32,000 nucleotides of DNA from Bdellovibrionales bacterium (GTDB taxonomy: Bacteria > Bdellovibrionota > UBA1018): positions 212,546 to 244,545 of the forward strand of contig JAFEAP010000005.1 of assembly GCA_018266355.1 (NCBI GenBank), given 5' to 3'. Under the pieces are notes generated by a model. The model was not told the origin of the DNA. It searched no databases and saw only the letters and a program-made list of their open reading frames with translations. Of the stretch, positions 17,217 to 24,976 are shown one piece after another. A program made the translations under genes and the position numbers. Each line of letters opens with the position of its first letter. Position 1 is the stretch's first letter.

Positions 17217-17627
17217 TCAGCGGTTCCCTCCGCCTTCGGTGATCGAGTATTTCAGCATGCCGAGCTTTTTCTTCAGCATCTCGGCGGCCGCATCGTAAAG
17301 CAGCTGGTTTTCCGCCATTTTCGCCATCTCTTCGGAACGGTTTACGGTATTCCCGTCGAGCGACTCGACGCCGTTCATATCGTCCGCGATCGCCGGCGAG
17401 ACCGGGTCGGTCTCGCGGATCACGATGTGCTCGGGCGAATCGCCCTCGAGCGGAAGCTGGTCGTCGGCGCCGAGCGCCTGGCGAAGCGCGCCCTCGAACT
17501 CCACCTTCTTCGCGTGGTAGCCGGGCGTATCCGCGTTCGCGATGTTCGACGAGATCACGTTCTGGTTCACCAGACGCAAGTTCATCGTCGTGTTCAAGCC
17601 GTTGATGGTGGAGTCGAATCCGGACAT
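17217..17627 (-). CDS. flgB: Flagellar basal-body rod protein FlgB
   Basis: 136 aa from the internal ATG at 17627 (MSGFDSTINGL...QNVISSNIANADTPGYHAK), with a C-terminal EMAKMAENQLLYDAAAEML. The 24-codon upstream extension in the track ORF looks non-coding. Confidence 0.9.
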   Translation of the reverse strand: MSGFDSTINGLNTTMNLRLVNQNVISSNIANADTPGYHAKKVEFEGALRQALGADDQLPLEGDSPEHIVIRETDPVSPAIADDMNGVESLDGNTVNRSEEMAKMAENQLLYDAAAEMLKKKLGMLKYSITEGGGNR

Positions 17628-17707
17628 CCTGTCTTCCCTTCGACGAAACCAGAGGAAAAAATCTTCCGACTTCTTTCTTGCCGCTGACGTTTCTTCCACT
17701 CTGCATT

Positions 17708-17722
17708 ACAGGATGGGTGCCA
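17708..17722 (-). promoter_or_regulatory. Partial sigma-54-type promoter upstream of flgB (perfect -24 element, degenerate -12 element)
   Basis: The minus strand reads GCGTGGCACCCATCCTGTAATGCAG, i.e. TGGCAC-N5-CTGT versus the consensus TGGCAC-N5-TTGC. It lies ~80 nt upstream of the flgB ATG. Confidence 0.3.
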
Positions 17723-17773
17723 CGCCGCGCCTCCAATTAAATCATATTCTTACATGAACCGATCTTCATCGCA

Positions 17774-17813
17774 CTCGGCAGGAACTTCCTGGAGGGGAGA
17801 AATTCCTGCCGAG
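17774..17813. repeat. 40-bp dyad: perfect 11-bp inverted repeat with an 18-bp spacer (candidate enhancer/UAS or RNA hairpin)
   Basis: CTCGGCAGGAA (17774-17784) and TTCCTGCCGAG (17803-17813). It sits between the activator stop (17836) and the flgB -24 element (17722). No T-tract follows on the minus strand. Confidence 0.55.
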
Positions 17814-17835
17814 GCGAATCTTTCAAACGAGGACC

Positions 17836-18909
17836 TTAGACGTTAATGCCGAGCACGCGGTATTCCGCGAGCTTGTTCCGAAGCGTCCGAATGGAGATTC
17901 CGAGCGCCTTGGCGGTGTGGGTCCGGTTGCCTTGGTGATATTCGAGGGCTTGCAGGATGACCATCCGCTCGATGTCGTTGAGCGTTTCGCCCGGGGACCA
18001 CGGATTCTTGTCCGCGGCGCCGGCGCCGTTCCCCACGGCGAGGCTGAGCGTCTCGGTGCGCATGCGGCGCTCGATGACGACGTCCTTCGATTGGATCAGC
18101 ATGCCCTGCGCGGTGATGACGGCGCGCTCGATCACGTTCTCGAGTTCGCGGACGTTGCCCGGCCAGGTGTGCATGTCGAGGATCGCGAGCGCCTCGGACG
18201 AGATCCCCGAAAGCCCCTTGCCGTTCTTCTCGGCGTAGAACTTGATGAAGGACTCGGCGAGCACTTTCACGTCGCCCGTCCGGTCGCGGAGCGCCGGCAA
18301 GGTGAGATTCACGACGTTCAGACGATAGAAGAGGTCTTCGCGGAACGAACCTTCGCGGACGCAGTCGGAGAGGTTCCGGTTCGTGGTGGCGATGATCCGG
18401 ACGTCGATCGCCGTCGGCTTGCGGCCGCCGATGCGGTCGACCTGGCTTTCCTGGATCACGCGGAGAAGTTTCGCCTGGAGGCGGATATCCATCTCGGAGA
18501 TCTCGTCGAGAAGGATCGTGCCGCCGTGGGCGAGCTCGAATTTGCCGGCTTTCGCCGCGACCGCGCCGGTGAAGGCGCCGCGCTCGTAGCCGAAAAGTTC
18601 GGATTCGAGGAGGTTTTCCGGGATCGCCGCGCAGTTGATCGCGACGAACGGCTTGTTCGCGCGGTTCGACGAGGAATGGATCAAGCTCGCCATAAGCTCC
18701 TTACCCGTTCCGCTCTCGCCCTGGATCAGGACGGTGGCCTTGCTCTGGGCGACGGTGCGCGCGAGGTTCATGATATCGCCGAGCTGGCGATCCTTCGTCA
18801 CGATTCCCGCACTGCCTGCCGACGCGCTCGCCGACGAATTCGCCGGGAATCCGGCCCCTTGAAACTTCTCCATCGTCCCCTCCTTGGTCGTTTCCATCAC
18901 ATCCATCAT
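17836..18909 (-). CDS. Sigma-54-dependent transcriptional activator (bEBP) without an N-terminal sensory/receiver domain
   Basis: 357 aa from ATG 18909 (MMDVMETTKEG...). Walker [15 protein letters not shown] loop (ELFGYERGAFTGA), Walker [17 protein letters not shown] and a C-terminal Fis-type HTH (NRTHTAKALGISIRTLRNKL). Only ~37 aa precede the AAA+ core. The ATG overlaps the upstream gene's TGA (ATGA). The longer track ORF (to 19317) is Arg-rich and overlaps the TPR gene. Confidence 0.9.
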   Translation of the reverse strand: MMDVMETTKEGTMEKFQGAGFPANSSASASAGSAGIVTKDRQLGDIMNLARTVAQSKATVLIQGESGTGKELMASLIHSSSNRANKPFVAINCAAIPENLLESELFGYERGAFTGAVAAKAGKFELAHGGTILLDEISEMDIRLQAKLLRVIQESQVDRIGGRKPTAIDVRIIATTNRNLSDCVREGSFREDLFYRLNVVNLTLPALRDRTGDVKVLAESFIKFYAEKNGKGLSGISSEALAILDMHTWPGNVRELENVIERAVITAQGMLIQSKDVVIERRMRTETLSLAVGNGAGAADKNPWSPGETLNDIERMVILQALEYHQGNRTHTAKALGISIRTLRNKLAEYRVLGINV

Positions 18910-21695
18910 AGTGAATTGCCCTCCATGGCATTCGTGCCCGCGAGTTTCTTGCGGGCGAGCTCTTTCCAAAAATCGTCTTTTTCGCTGCCGGCGGCGCGCT
19001 TGAGCAGCTCTCCGACCTTCGCTTCGTCGCCGCCGATCTTCTCGAGCGAGAGCGCGTACTGGTAGATCGCGCGGTTTCCGCCGAGCCCCGCGTTCACGGC
19101 TCGCCCGTAGGCATCGGCCGCTTCTCCGTATTTCCCGAGCTTCGCCGCGAGTTCGCCCTCGGCGAGGATCCACGCTTCTTTCCCGGCGATCGGCTTCAAG
19201 CCCACGCCTTCGGCTTTCGCGCGCGCGCCCGGAGCCGGGTTCGAGTTCTGGAGTTTCCGGAACGCTTCGATCGCCGAGCGCGTATTGCCGCCGTCGGCTT
19301 GGAGGTTCGCGATCCACTGATCGAGCGAGATGCGCTCGACGGAATCTTCCTTCGTCAGCTTCGCGAGCAGCATCGACGCCTTCGAGGCGTGGAGGAGCGC
19401 GGTCGCGTAGCTTTTCGAACGTTCGGCGATCAAGCCGAGGATGATCTCGCGCTGGTAAGCGAACGGGGATTCGTCGGCGACCTTCGCGAGCTTCGCCTTC
19501 ACGTCGTCGACGCTACCCTTCGAGATCCAAAGCGCCTTCGCGTCGGTGAACGCGCGCTCCGAGACCTTCAGCCGGGTATCGAGGTTCGATTCGTCGGACG
19601 CGACCGCGCGGCCGGAGGAGAGGCCGAGCGCCTTCGCTTCCGCGTCGTAGCGTTTCGCGATCGTGCCGGCCGTCCGCCCGAGCCCGAGCTCGGCGGCGAC
19701 GCGCGAGAGGCGGAGGAGATAGTCGGGGTCCGAAAGCGCGAGGCGCTCCGGCGTGACGTCTTCCGGCAGGTTTTCGGTGAGATTCACCCGCGCGCCGTAC
19801 TTATCGTAAAACTCGACCGCCTCGAACTTCTTGCCGGCGTCGAGGAGCGCGAGGACCTGTTTCCGGAAAAGTTTCCGCTCCATGTCTTGGAGCCACGCGT
19901 AAGCGCCGCTCTTGCGCGAGACTTCTTCCTTTTCCCGGATCGCGGCGTCGAGCGCGGCGACCGGATCGTCGAGGAGGATCATCGACCGCACGCGGATCAT
20001 CGACCGGAACTCGCCGAAGCGCTCCATGCGGATCTCGCCTTTGCCGTCGAACTTCTCGGTCTCGTTCTTGAAGAAATCGGCCGCCGTGCGCGCATCGAAC
20101 CCGCCGTGGTCGTCGCACGGAACGAGGCGCATCCGCGCGATGATCGCGCCGGGGCTGAAGGGGTAACGGTTGATCGTTTCGAGGAAGCCCGCGCGGGCCT
20201 TCGCGATCGAGTCCGGGCCCGGGCGACGGCCTTCGATCTCGGCGAGGCGGATAAGCGCGCGCCATCCCGCGGGATGCCCGGGGAAGCGGACGGCGAAATC
20301 CTTGAATTGGGCTTCGGCGCGATCGAGCTGGCCAAGCCAGTAAAGCGCCTCGCCGCGGTTGATCTGCGCGGAAGCGAGCGCGGCGGATTCCGCCGGGAAC
20401 TTCTGCGACGCGCGGAAATACGCGGCGAGGGCTCGGTCGTACTGTTCGCGAAAGAGGTAGGCGTCGCCGATGCGGAGGCTCGCCATCGCGCGCTCGGAAG
20501 TCTCCGGCGCGTTCGCCTCGACCCACTCGTATTCGCGGACGGCGCGGTCGGTCTGCTTGATCTTGTAGAGGCTTTCGGCCGCGATCAGGCGCCACGCCCA
20601 GACGTTCCGGTGTTTCGGATATTCGGTCGCGATCCAGAGGTAACGCTCGATGGTTTGGAGCTCGTTCCCCTCTTTCCGTTTCTCGCCCGCGAGGTAGAGC
20701 GCGGAAGCGAGCGCGGCCGGGGTGCCCGGATTCTTCTCCCGGAGCACGTCGAAGGCGGCGGAGGCCTCGTCCTTCAGCCCGAGCCGGAGGAGCGCGTTCG
20801 CCTTCAGGAATTCCATGTCGACGCGGTGGATGCTGTCGGGCCGTTCCTTGATCAGGAAATCGACGGTCCGCGCGGCGAGCGCGAAATCCCGCTTCTCGTA
20901 GAGTTCGAGCGCGAGCTTCACGTATTTCGCGTCAGGCGCGCCCGGTTTCGCGGGCAAGAACGGATATCCCTCGTCCGGAAGGCCCGTGGGCAGGTAATCG
21001 GCGAGGTTCGGCGTCTCGTGTTCGGGCATGAACTCGAGGAAGAGGTCGACGCCTTCGCGGAGCGGTTCCTTGCAGAACCGGGCGACGTCGGATTCGATGG
21101 CGAGCGCCTGCTCGGCGGCGATCCGGCGGTCGCGGCGTTTCTTCGCCTCGGCGGCGGCGCGGTCGATCGACGCCTGTTTCGCCTTCGCCGCCGTTTCCTT
21201 CTTCACCTGGGCGATCGTCACGCCGCCCTTCGGCCAGAAATCGACGACGAACCGCGCGGGCTCCTTTTCGCGGTAAGTGAAACGCTCCATCTTCGGGTTC
21301 GCGATCGCGTTCTCGCCGGTGGGGAAATTCCATTTTCCGTCGATACGCACGCCGGCGTCCGTTTCGGCCGCCTTCACTTCGGCGATCCGCGGATCGCGAA
21401 GCGCCTCGAGATCGGCCTCGCCGAGGTAGAGGTCCGCGAAGGTCACGCCGCGCAGGAGGAGCGAAAACCCGCCGGACGTCTCTTTCCATTCGGTTTCGAC
21501 CGACGGATCGATCGAGACGGCGAGGCGCGAGTGGGTCTTGAACGTTTCGATTTGGACGGCGGAAGACGGACGAGCGAAGACGCTCGGAGCGGCCGTCAAA
21601 ATGCCGGCGAACGCGACGACGAGCGCGCGAGCGGTCGTCTTGAGACGACGCTTTTCCCCGGGAGACGAATCGTAAGCTTCCTGCTTTTTCGTCAT
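18906..21695 (-). CDS. Large secreted TPR-repeat protein with an N-terminal beta-rich (tentatively AMIN-like) domain
   Basis: 929 aa from ATG 21695 (GGCAGGAA RBS). Signal peptide MTKKQ...ARALVVAFAGILTAAPSVFA/RP, then VQIETFKTHSRLAVSIDPS...FSLLLRGVTF...ARFVVDFWPKGG, then many TPR-like helical repeats (e.g. ALELYEKRDFALAARTVDFLI, EALYWLGQLDRAEAQFKDF, YQYALSLEKIGGDEAKVGELLKRA). The GTG at 21749 is rejected because it lies ~8 nt from the predicted sigma-54 transcription start. Confidence 0.85.
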   Translation of the reverse strand: MTKKQEAYDSSPGEKRRLKTTARALVVAFAGILTAAPSVFARPSSAVQIETFKTHSRLAVSIDPSVETEWKETSGGFSLLLRGVTFADLYLGEADLEALRDPRIAEVKAAETDAGVRIDGKWNFPTGENAIANPKMERFTYREKEPARFVVDFWPKGGVTIAQVKKETAAKAKQASIDRAAAEAKKRRDRRIAAEQALAIESDVARFCKEPLREGVDLFLEFMPEHETPNLADYLPTGLPDEGYPFLPAKPGAPDAKYVKLALELYEKRDFALAARTVDFLIKERPDSIHRVDMEFLKANALLRLGLKDEASAAFDVLREKNPGTPAALASALYLAGEKRKEGNELQTIERYLWIATEYPKHRNVWAWRLIAAESLYKIKQTDRAVREYEWVEANAPETSERAMASLRIGDAYLFREQYDRALAAYFRASQKFPAESAALASAQINRGEALYWLGQLDRAEAQFKDFAVRFPGHPAGWRALIRLAEIEGRRPGPDSIAKARAGFLETINRYPFSPGAIIARMRLVPCDDHGGFDARTAADFFKNETEKFDGKGEIRMERFGEFRSMIRVRSMILLDDPVAALDAAIREKEEVSRKSGAYAWLQDMERKLFRKQVLALLDAGKKFEAVEFYDKYGARVNLTENLPEDVTPERLALSDPDYLLRLSRVAAELGLGRTAGTIAKRYDAEAKALGLSSGRAVASDESNLDTRLKVSERAFTDAKALWISKGSVDDVKAKLAKVADESPFAYQREIILGLIAERSKSYATALLHASKASMLLAKLTKEDSVERISLDQWIANLQADGGNTRSAIEAFRKLQNSNPAPGARAKAEGVGLKPIAGKEAWILAEGELAAKLGKYGEAADAYGRAVNAGLGGNRAIYQYALSLEKIGGDEAKVGELLKRAAGSEKDDFWKELARKKLAGTNAMEGNSL

Positions 21696-21767
21696 TTCCT
21701 GCCTTGCGAGGACCCCGGGCTCATCATGAATCCGGAGTGGTCCTCCCACTCTATCCGGATAGATAAA

Positions 21768-21782
21768 GCAACCCAGGTGCCA
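21768..21782 (-). promoter_or_regulatory. Near-consensus sigma-54 (-24/-12) promoter for the TPR-protein/bEBP operon
   Basis: The minus strand reads GATTGGCACCTGGGTTGCTTT, i.e. TGGCAC (21782-21777), N5, TTGC (21771-21768), with exact spacing and both GG and GC elements. It lies ~73 nt upstream of ATG 21695. Confidence 0.75.
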
Positions 21783-22052
21783 ATCCGGCGCTCGTTGCCG
21801 ATTCGTTTTCGCCGACCGGCAGAAGGTTCCGATCCGTAACCGCTTTCGGGCGAAAATATTTTCCTAGACGCGACGAGTCACCTTAATTTCCTCTCATGTG
21901 ATTTTGTCGCGGTTCTTGACTAAACCGTCAGAAAGTACGACGTGCTCCGTCAAACTCAAAACAGTCCCTCCATCCGCGCACGGACCTTCTCAGGGCACTT
22001 GCAGTCGGGCGACCAAACGTTTCTAATCAAAGGACAAGGAAACTCACCCCTC

Positions 22053-22628
22053 TTGATCCGCATCCGGTCCCTCGCATTTTCCTTCGTCACGCTTTTGACG
22101 CTCGCCTCTTGTTCGACTCTCGTCGGCAATGTGAAACCCGTCGACCAGAAGTCGACCGATTACGGCGTGATCGACCTCTCGAAAGAGAATCCGAAGGTGT
22201 GGAAGCGCCTCGACGATTCGGCGCTTCGCCCGAAGGACGCCCAAATCGGATCGAACAAGCAGGCGTTTTCGTCCGAGATCACCGACCTCGCCTTCCAGTC
22301 GAAACGCACCTCGGCGATCATTTCGCTGAATTCGTCCTGCCGCGAAGGCCGCGAATCGATCGGAGACCTCGCGCCGTACATGAAGGAACTCCTCCTCGGC
22401 ATGCGCGAGGTGACCGAGCGCGAAGAGACCACGCGCCGAATCGACGGCATCGAAGCGCTTCAGACGATCGTCGCCGGCACCCTGGCGGGCGAGCACACGA
22501 AGATCCACGCCATCGTCCTTTCGAAAGAAGGGTGCGTCTACGACCTGATGTACATCTCCCGACCCGAGCGCTATCCGACGCACGAAGGCGACTTCAATCG
22601 CTTTGTTTCCTCGCTAAAGCTGCGTTAA
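22053..22628 (+). CDS. Lipoprotein of unknown function, first gene of the Mla-like operon
   Basis: A TTG start at 22053 gives a 19-residue lipoprotein signal MIRIRSLAFSFVTLLTLAS/C (lipobox LASC). The track ORF starts at GTG 21942, but that would add 37 non-signal residues. The stop is 10 nt before mlaE. Confidence 0.7.
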   Translation: MIRIRSLAFSFVTLLTLASCSTLVGNVKPVDQKSTDYGVIDLSKENPKVWKRLDDSALRPKDAQIGSNKQAFSSEITDLAFQSKRTSAIISLNSSCREGRESIGDLAPYMKELLLGMREVTEREETTRRIDGIEALQTIVAGTLAGEHTKIHAIVLSKEGCVYDLMYISRPERYPTHEGDFNRFVSSLKLR

Positions 22629-22638
22629 CCTTCAGGAA

Positions 22639-23421
22639 GTGAGTACGAACGGCTCCGGCTCGGGACCGGCCAATTCCCTGATCGAATTCTCCGGCGGGTT
22701 CGCCCACCTCGTGCGCGACGTCGCCCGGGAGATCGTGCGTCCGCCGCTCTACTTCCGCTTGATCCTCGACCAGGTCTTCCACATCGGCGTGAACTCGTTC
22801 CTCCTCGTCGCCGTCACCGGCCTCGCCTCGGGCTCGGTCATGGCGCTCCAATTCGGGTTCGGTCTCGCGAAGTTCGGCGGCACGCTTTACGTGCCGAAGA
22901 TCACGTCGCTCTCGATCTTGCGCGAAATGGGTCCGGTCTTCACTTCGCTGCTCGTCGCCGGCCGGATCGGCTCGGGCATCGCGGCCGAAGTGTCTTCGAT
23001 GAAGGTGACCCAGCAGATCGACGCGATCCGCGCGCTCGGCACGAGTCCGGTGAAGCGGATCGTGGTACCGCGCCTCCTCGCCTGCATGATCGCGCTGCCG
23101 CTGCTCACGCTCTTCGCCGACTACATCGCGCTCTGGGGCGCGATGATCATCTGCAAGGTCGAGCTCGGCATCGGCCAGAGCTTCTTCATCGCGAAGACCC
23201 TCGAGACGGTGAAATCCGCCGACCTTTTCTCGGGGATGCTGAAGACGGTCGTCTTCGCTTTCTTCATCGCGATCACGGCGTGCTGGAAAGGATTCAATAC
23301 CGAAGGCGGAACGGAAGGCGTCGGCAACTCGACGACCTGGGTCGTCGTCACGTCGAGCATCTTCATCCTCGTCAGCGACTTCTTCCTGACGAAACTTTTC
23401 ATCATCACCCTTTACACATGA
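22639..23421 (+). CDS. mlaE: ABC transporter permease, MlaE family
   Basis: 260 aa, multi-TM. Typical MlaE stretches (VFHIGVNSFLLVAVTGLASGSVMALQ, REMGPVFTSLLVAGRIGSGIAAEVSSMKVTQQIDAIRALG). The stop overlaps the mlaF ATG. Confidence 0.9.
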   Translation: MSTNGSGSGPANSLIEFSGGFAHLVRDVAREIVRPPLYFRLILDQVFHIGVNSFLLVAVTGLASGSVMALQFGFGLAKFGGTLYVPKITSLSILREMGPVFTSLLVAGRIGSGIAAEVSSMKVTQQIDAIRALGTSPVKRIVVPRLLACMIALPLLTLFADYIALWGAMIICKVELGIGQSFFIAKTLETVKSADLFSGMLKTVVFAFFIAITACWKGFNTEGGTEGVGNSTTWVVVTSSIFILVSDFFLTKLFIITLYT

Positions 23422-24173
23422 GCGCGCACGAATCCCCCGAAATCGTCCTCGAGATGCGCGACGTTCACAAAGCCTTCGGCGCGAAGGTCGTCCACCGCGG
23501 CGTGAGCTTCTCGCTCCGGAAAGGAGAGATGCTCGGACTCTTCGGCGGATCGGGGACCGGGAAGAGCGTGCTCATCCGCTCGATCATCGGGCTCGAGCAG
23601 CCCGATCGCGGCGAAGTGCTCTTCGAGGGCCGGAACCTCCTCACCCTCACCGAGCGCCAGCTCTACAAAGTCCGCACGAAGATCGGGTTCGTCTTCCAAA
23701 ACGGCGCGCTTTTCGACTCGCTCACGGTCGAGGAGAATCTCGCCTACCCGCTTCGCGCCCACACGACGCTTACCGACGAGGAGATCCAAGCCCGCATCGA
23801 AAAGATGCTCGAGCTGATCGACATGAAAGGCACGAACGATCTCCTACCGAACGAGCTTTCCGGCGGCATGCAGAAACGCGCGGGCATGGCCCGCGCGACG
23901 ATCCTCGAACCGTCGGTCATCCTCTTCGACGAACCGACGGCCGGCCTCGATCCGGTGAACACCCGCCGCCTCACCGGAAACATCACGAAGCTGAAGGACC
24001 GAGGCATCACCGGCATCTTCGTCACCCACGACATCCCTGCCGCCTTCGAGATCTGCGACCGCGTCGCGATCCTCCGGGAAGGCGTGATCCACGTCATCGA
24101 CACCGTCGAGAACATCAAGCGGTCGAAGGACCCCTTCGTCCAGTCCTTCGTCCAAGGAGCCTATTACACATGA
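23418..24173 (+). CDS. mlaF: ABC transporter ATP-binding protein, MlaF family
   Basis: 251 aa from ATG 23418 (ATGA overlap with mlaE). Walker A GGSGTGKS, signature LSGGMQKR, Walker B ILFDEPTAGLD. Confidence 0.9.
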   Translation: MSAHESPEIVLEMRDVHKAFGAKVVHRGVSFSLRKGEMLGLFGGSGTGKSVLIRSIIGLEQPDRGEVLFEGRNLLTLTERQLYKVRTKIGFVFQNGALFDSLTVEENLAYPLRAHTTLTDEEIQARIEKMLELIDMKGTNDLLPNELSGGMQKRAGMARATILEPSVILFDEPTAGLDPVNTRRLTGNITKLKDRGITGIFVTHDIPAAFEICDRVAILREGVIHVIDTVENIKRSKDPFVQSFVQGAYYT

Positions 24174-24943
24174 AAGACACCCGTTCGAACGACTTCAAGG
24201 TCGGCATCTTCGTCACGCTCGGCGTGGCCTTCTCGATGGTCACGATCCTCGTCCTCGGCGGCGCGGAGAACGCCTTCACCCGGAAGGTGAACTACAATAC
24301 CCATTTCCCGGCCGCGAACGGGCTGGTCACCGGCTCGAAAGTCGTCCTCTCGGGGATTCCCGTCGGGACCGTCCACGAAGTCGAATACGAGCCGGCGACG
24401 AAACTCGTCCGCATCGAGATCTCCGTCCAGCGGAAGTACGCCGAGTTCATCACCGAAGGCTCGACCGTCGAGATCAACACCCAGGGCGTCCTGGGCGACA
24501 AATACCTCGGCATCAATCCCGGCGGCGTCGGCAAGGAGCTCGCCGAAGGCGCGGACATCCCGAACCTGCCCTCGAGCGACGTCTCGGCTTTCCTTTCGAA
24601 GACCGACGCGGTCATGGTGAACGTGAACGCGACCGTCGAGAGCTTGAACCGGCTACTGAAATCGCTCGAGCGCGGGAACCGCCTCGATCAGATCATCGAA
24701 AACCTCTCCTCGACGACGAAGGGCCTATCCGAATTCGCGAACGGGAAGAACATGGCGAAGTCTTCGAAGTCCCTCGCCGACATCCTCGATAAGGTGAATA
24801 ACGGCGCCGGCACCCTCGGCGCGCTCGTGAACGACCCCGGCCTCTACGAGGACGCCCGCGCCCTCGTCGGCGGCGCGAATCGGAACCGGATCATCCGGAA
24901 CCTCGTGCGCGAGTCCGTGAAAGACGGCACGACGAAGCAGTAG
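24170..24943 (+). CDS. mlaD: MCE-domain substrate-binding protein, MlaD family
   Basis: 257 aa. N-terminal TM helix (FKVGIFVTLGVAFSMVTILVLGG), an MCE fold stretch (GLVTGSKVVLSGIPVGTVHEVEY...VEINTQGVLGDKYLGINPG) and a helical C-terminus. ATGA overlap with mlaF. Confidence 0.85.
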   Translation: MKDTRSNDFKVGIFVTLGVAFSMVTILVLGGAENAFTRKVNYNTHFPAANGLVTGSKVVLSGIPVGTVHEVEYEPATKLVRIEISVQRKYAEFITEGSTVEINTQGVLGDKYLGINPGGVGKELAEGADIPNLPSSDVSAFLSKTDAVMVNVNATVESLNRLLKSLERGNRLDQIIENLSSTTKGLSEFANGKNMAKSSKSLADILDKVNNGAGTLGALVNDPGLYEDARALVGGANRNRIIRNLVRESVKDGTTKQ

Positions 24944-24976
24944 CGCTTCGAATCGCCCTTTGCCCGCGGAGGCTCG

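Noticed and set aside
18910-19317. 136-codon N-terminal extension of the bEBP ORF (track start 19317), which would give it an N-terminal domain.
   Set aside because: The extension is extremely Arg-rich (RRRQYALGDR...RRRQRKRRF) and lies entirely inside the 3' end of the TPR gene in another frame. The ATG at 18909 forms a classic ATGA coupling junction with that gene's stop.
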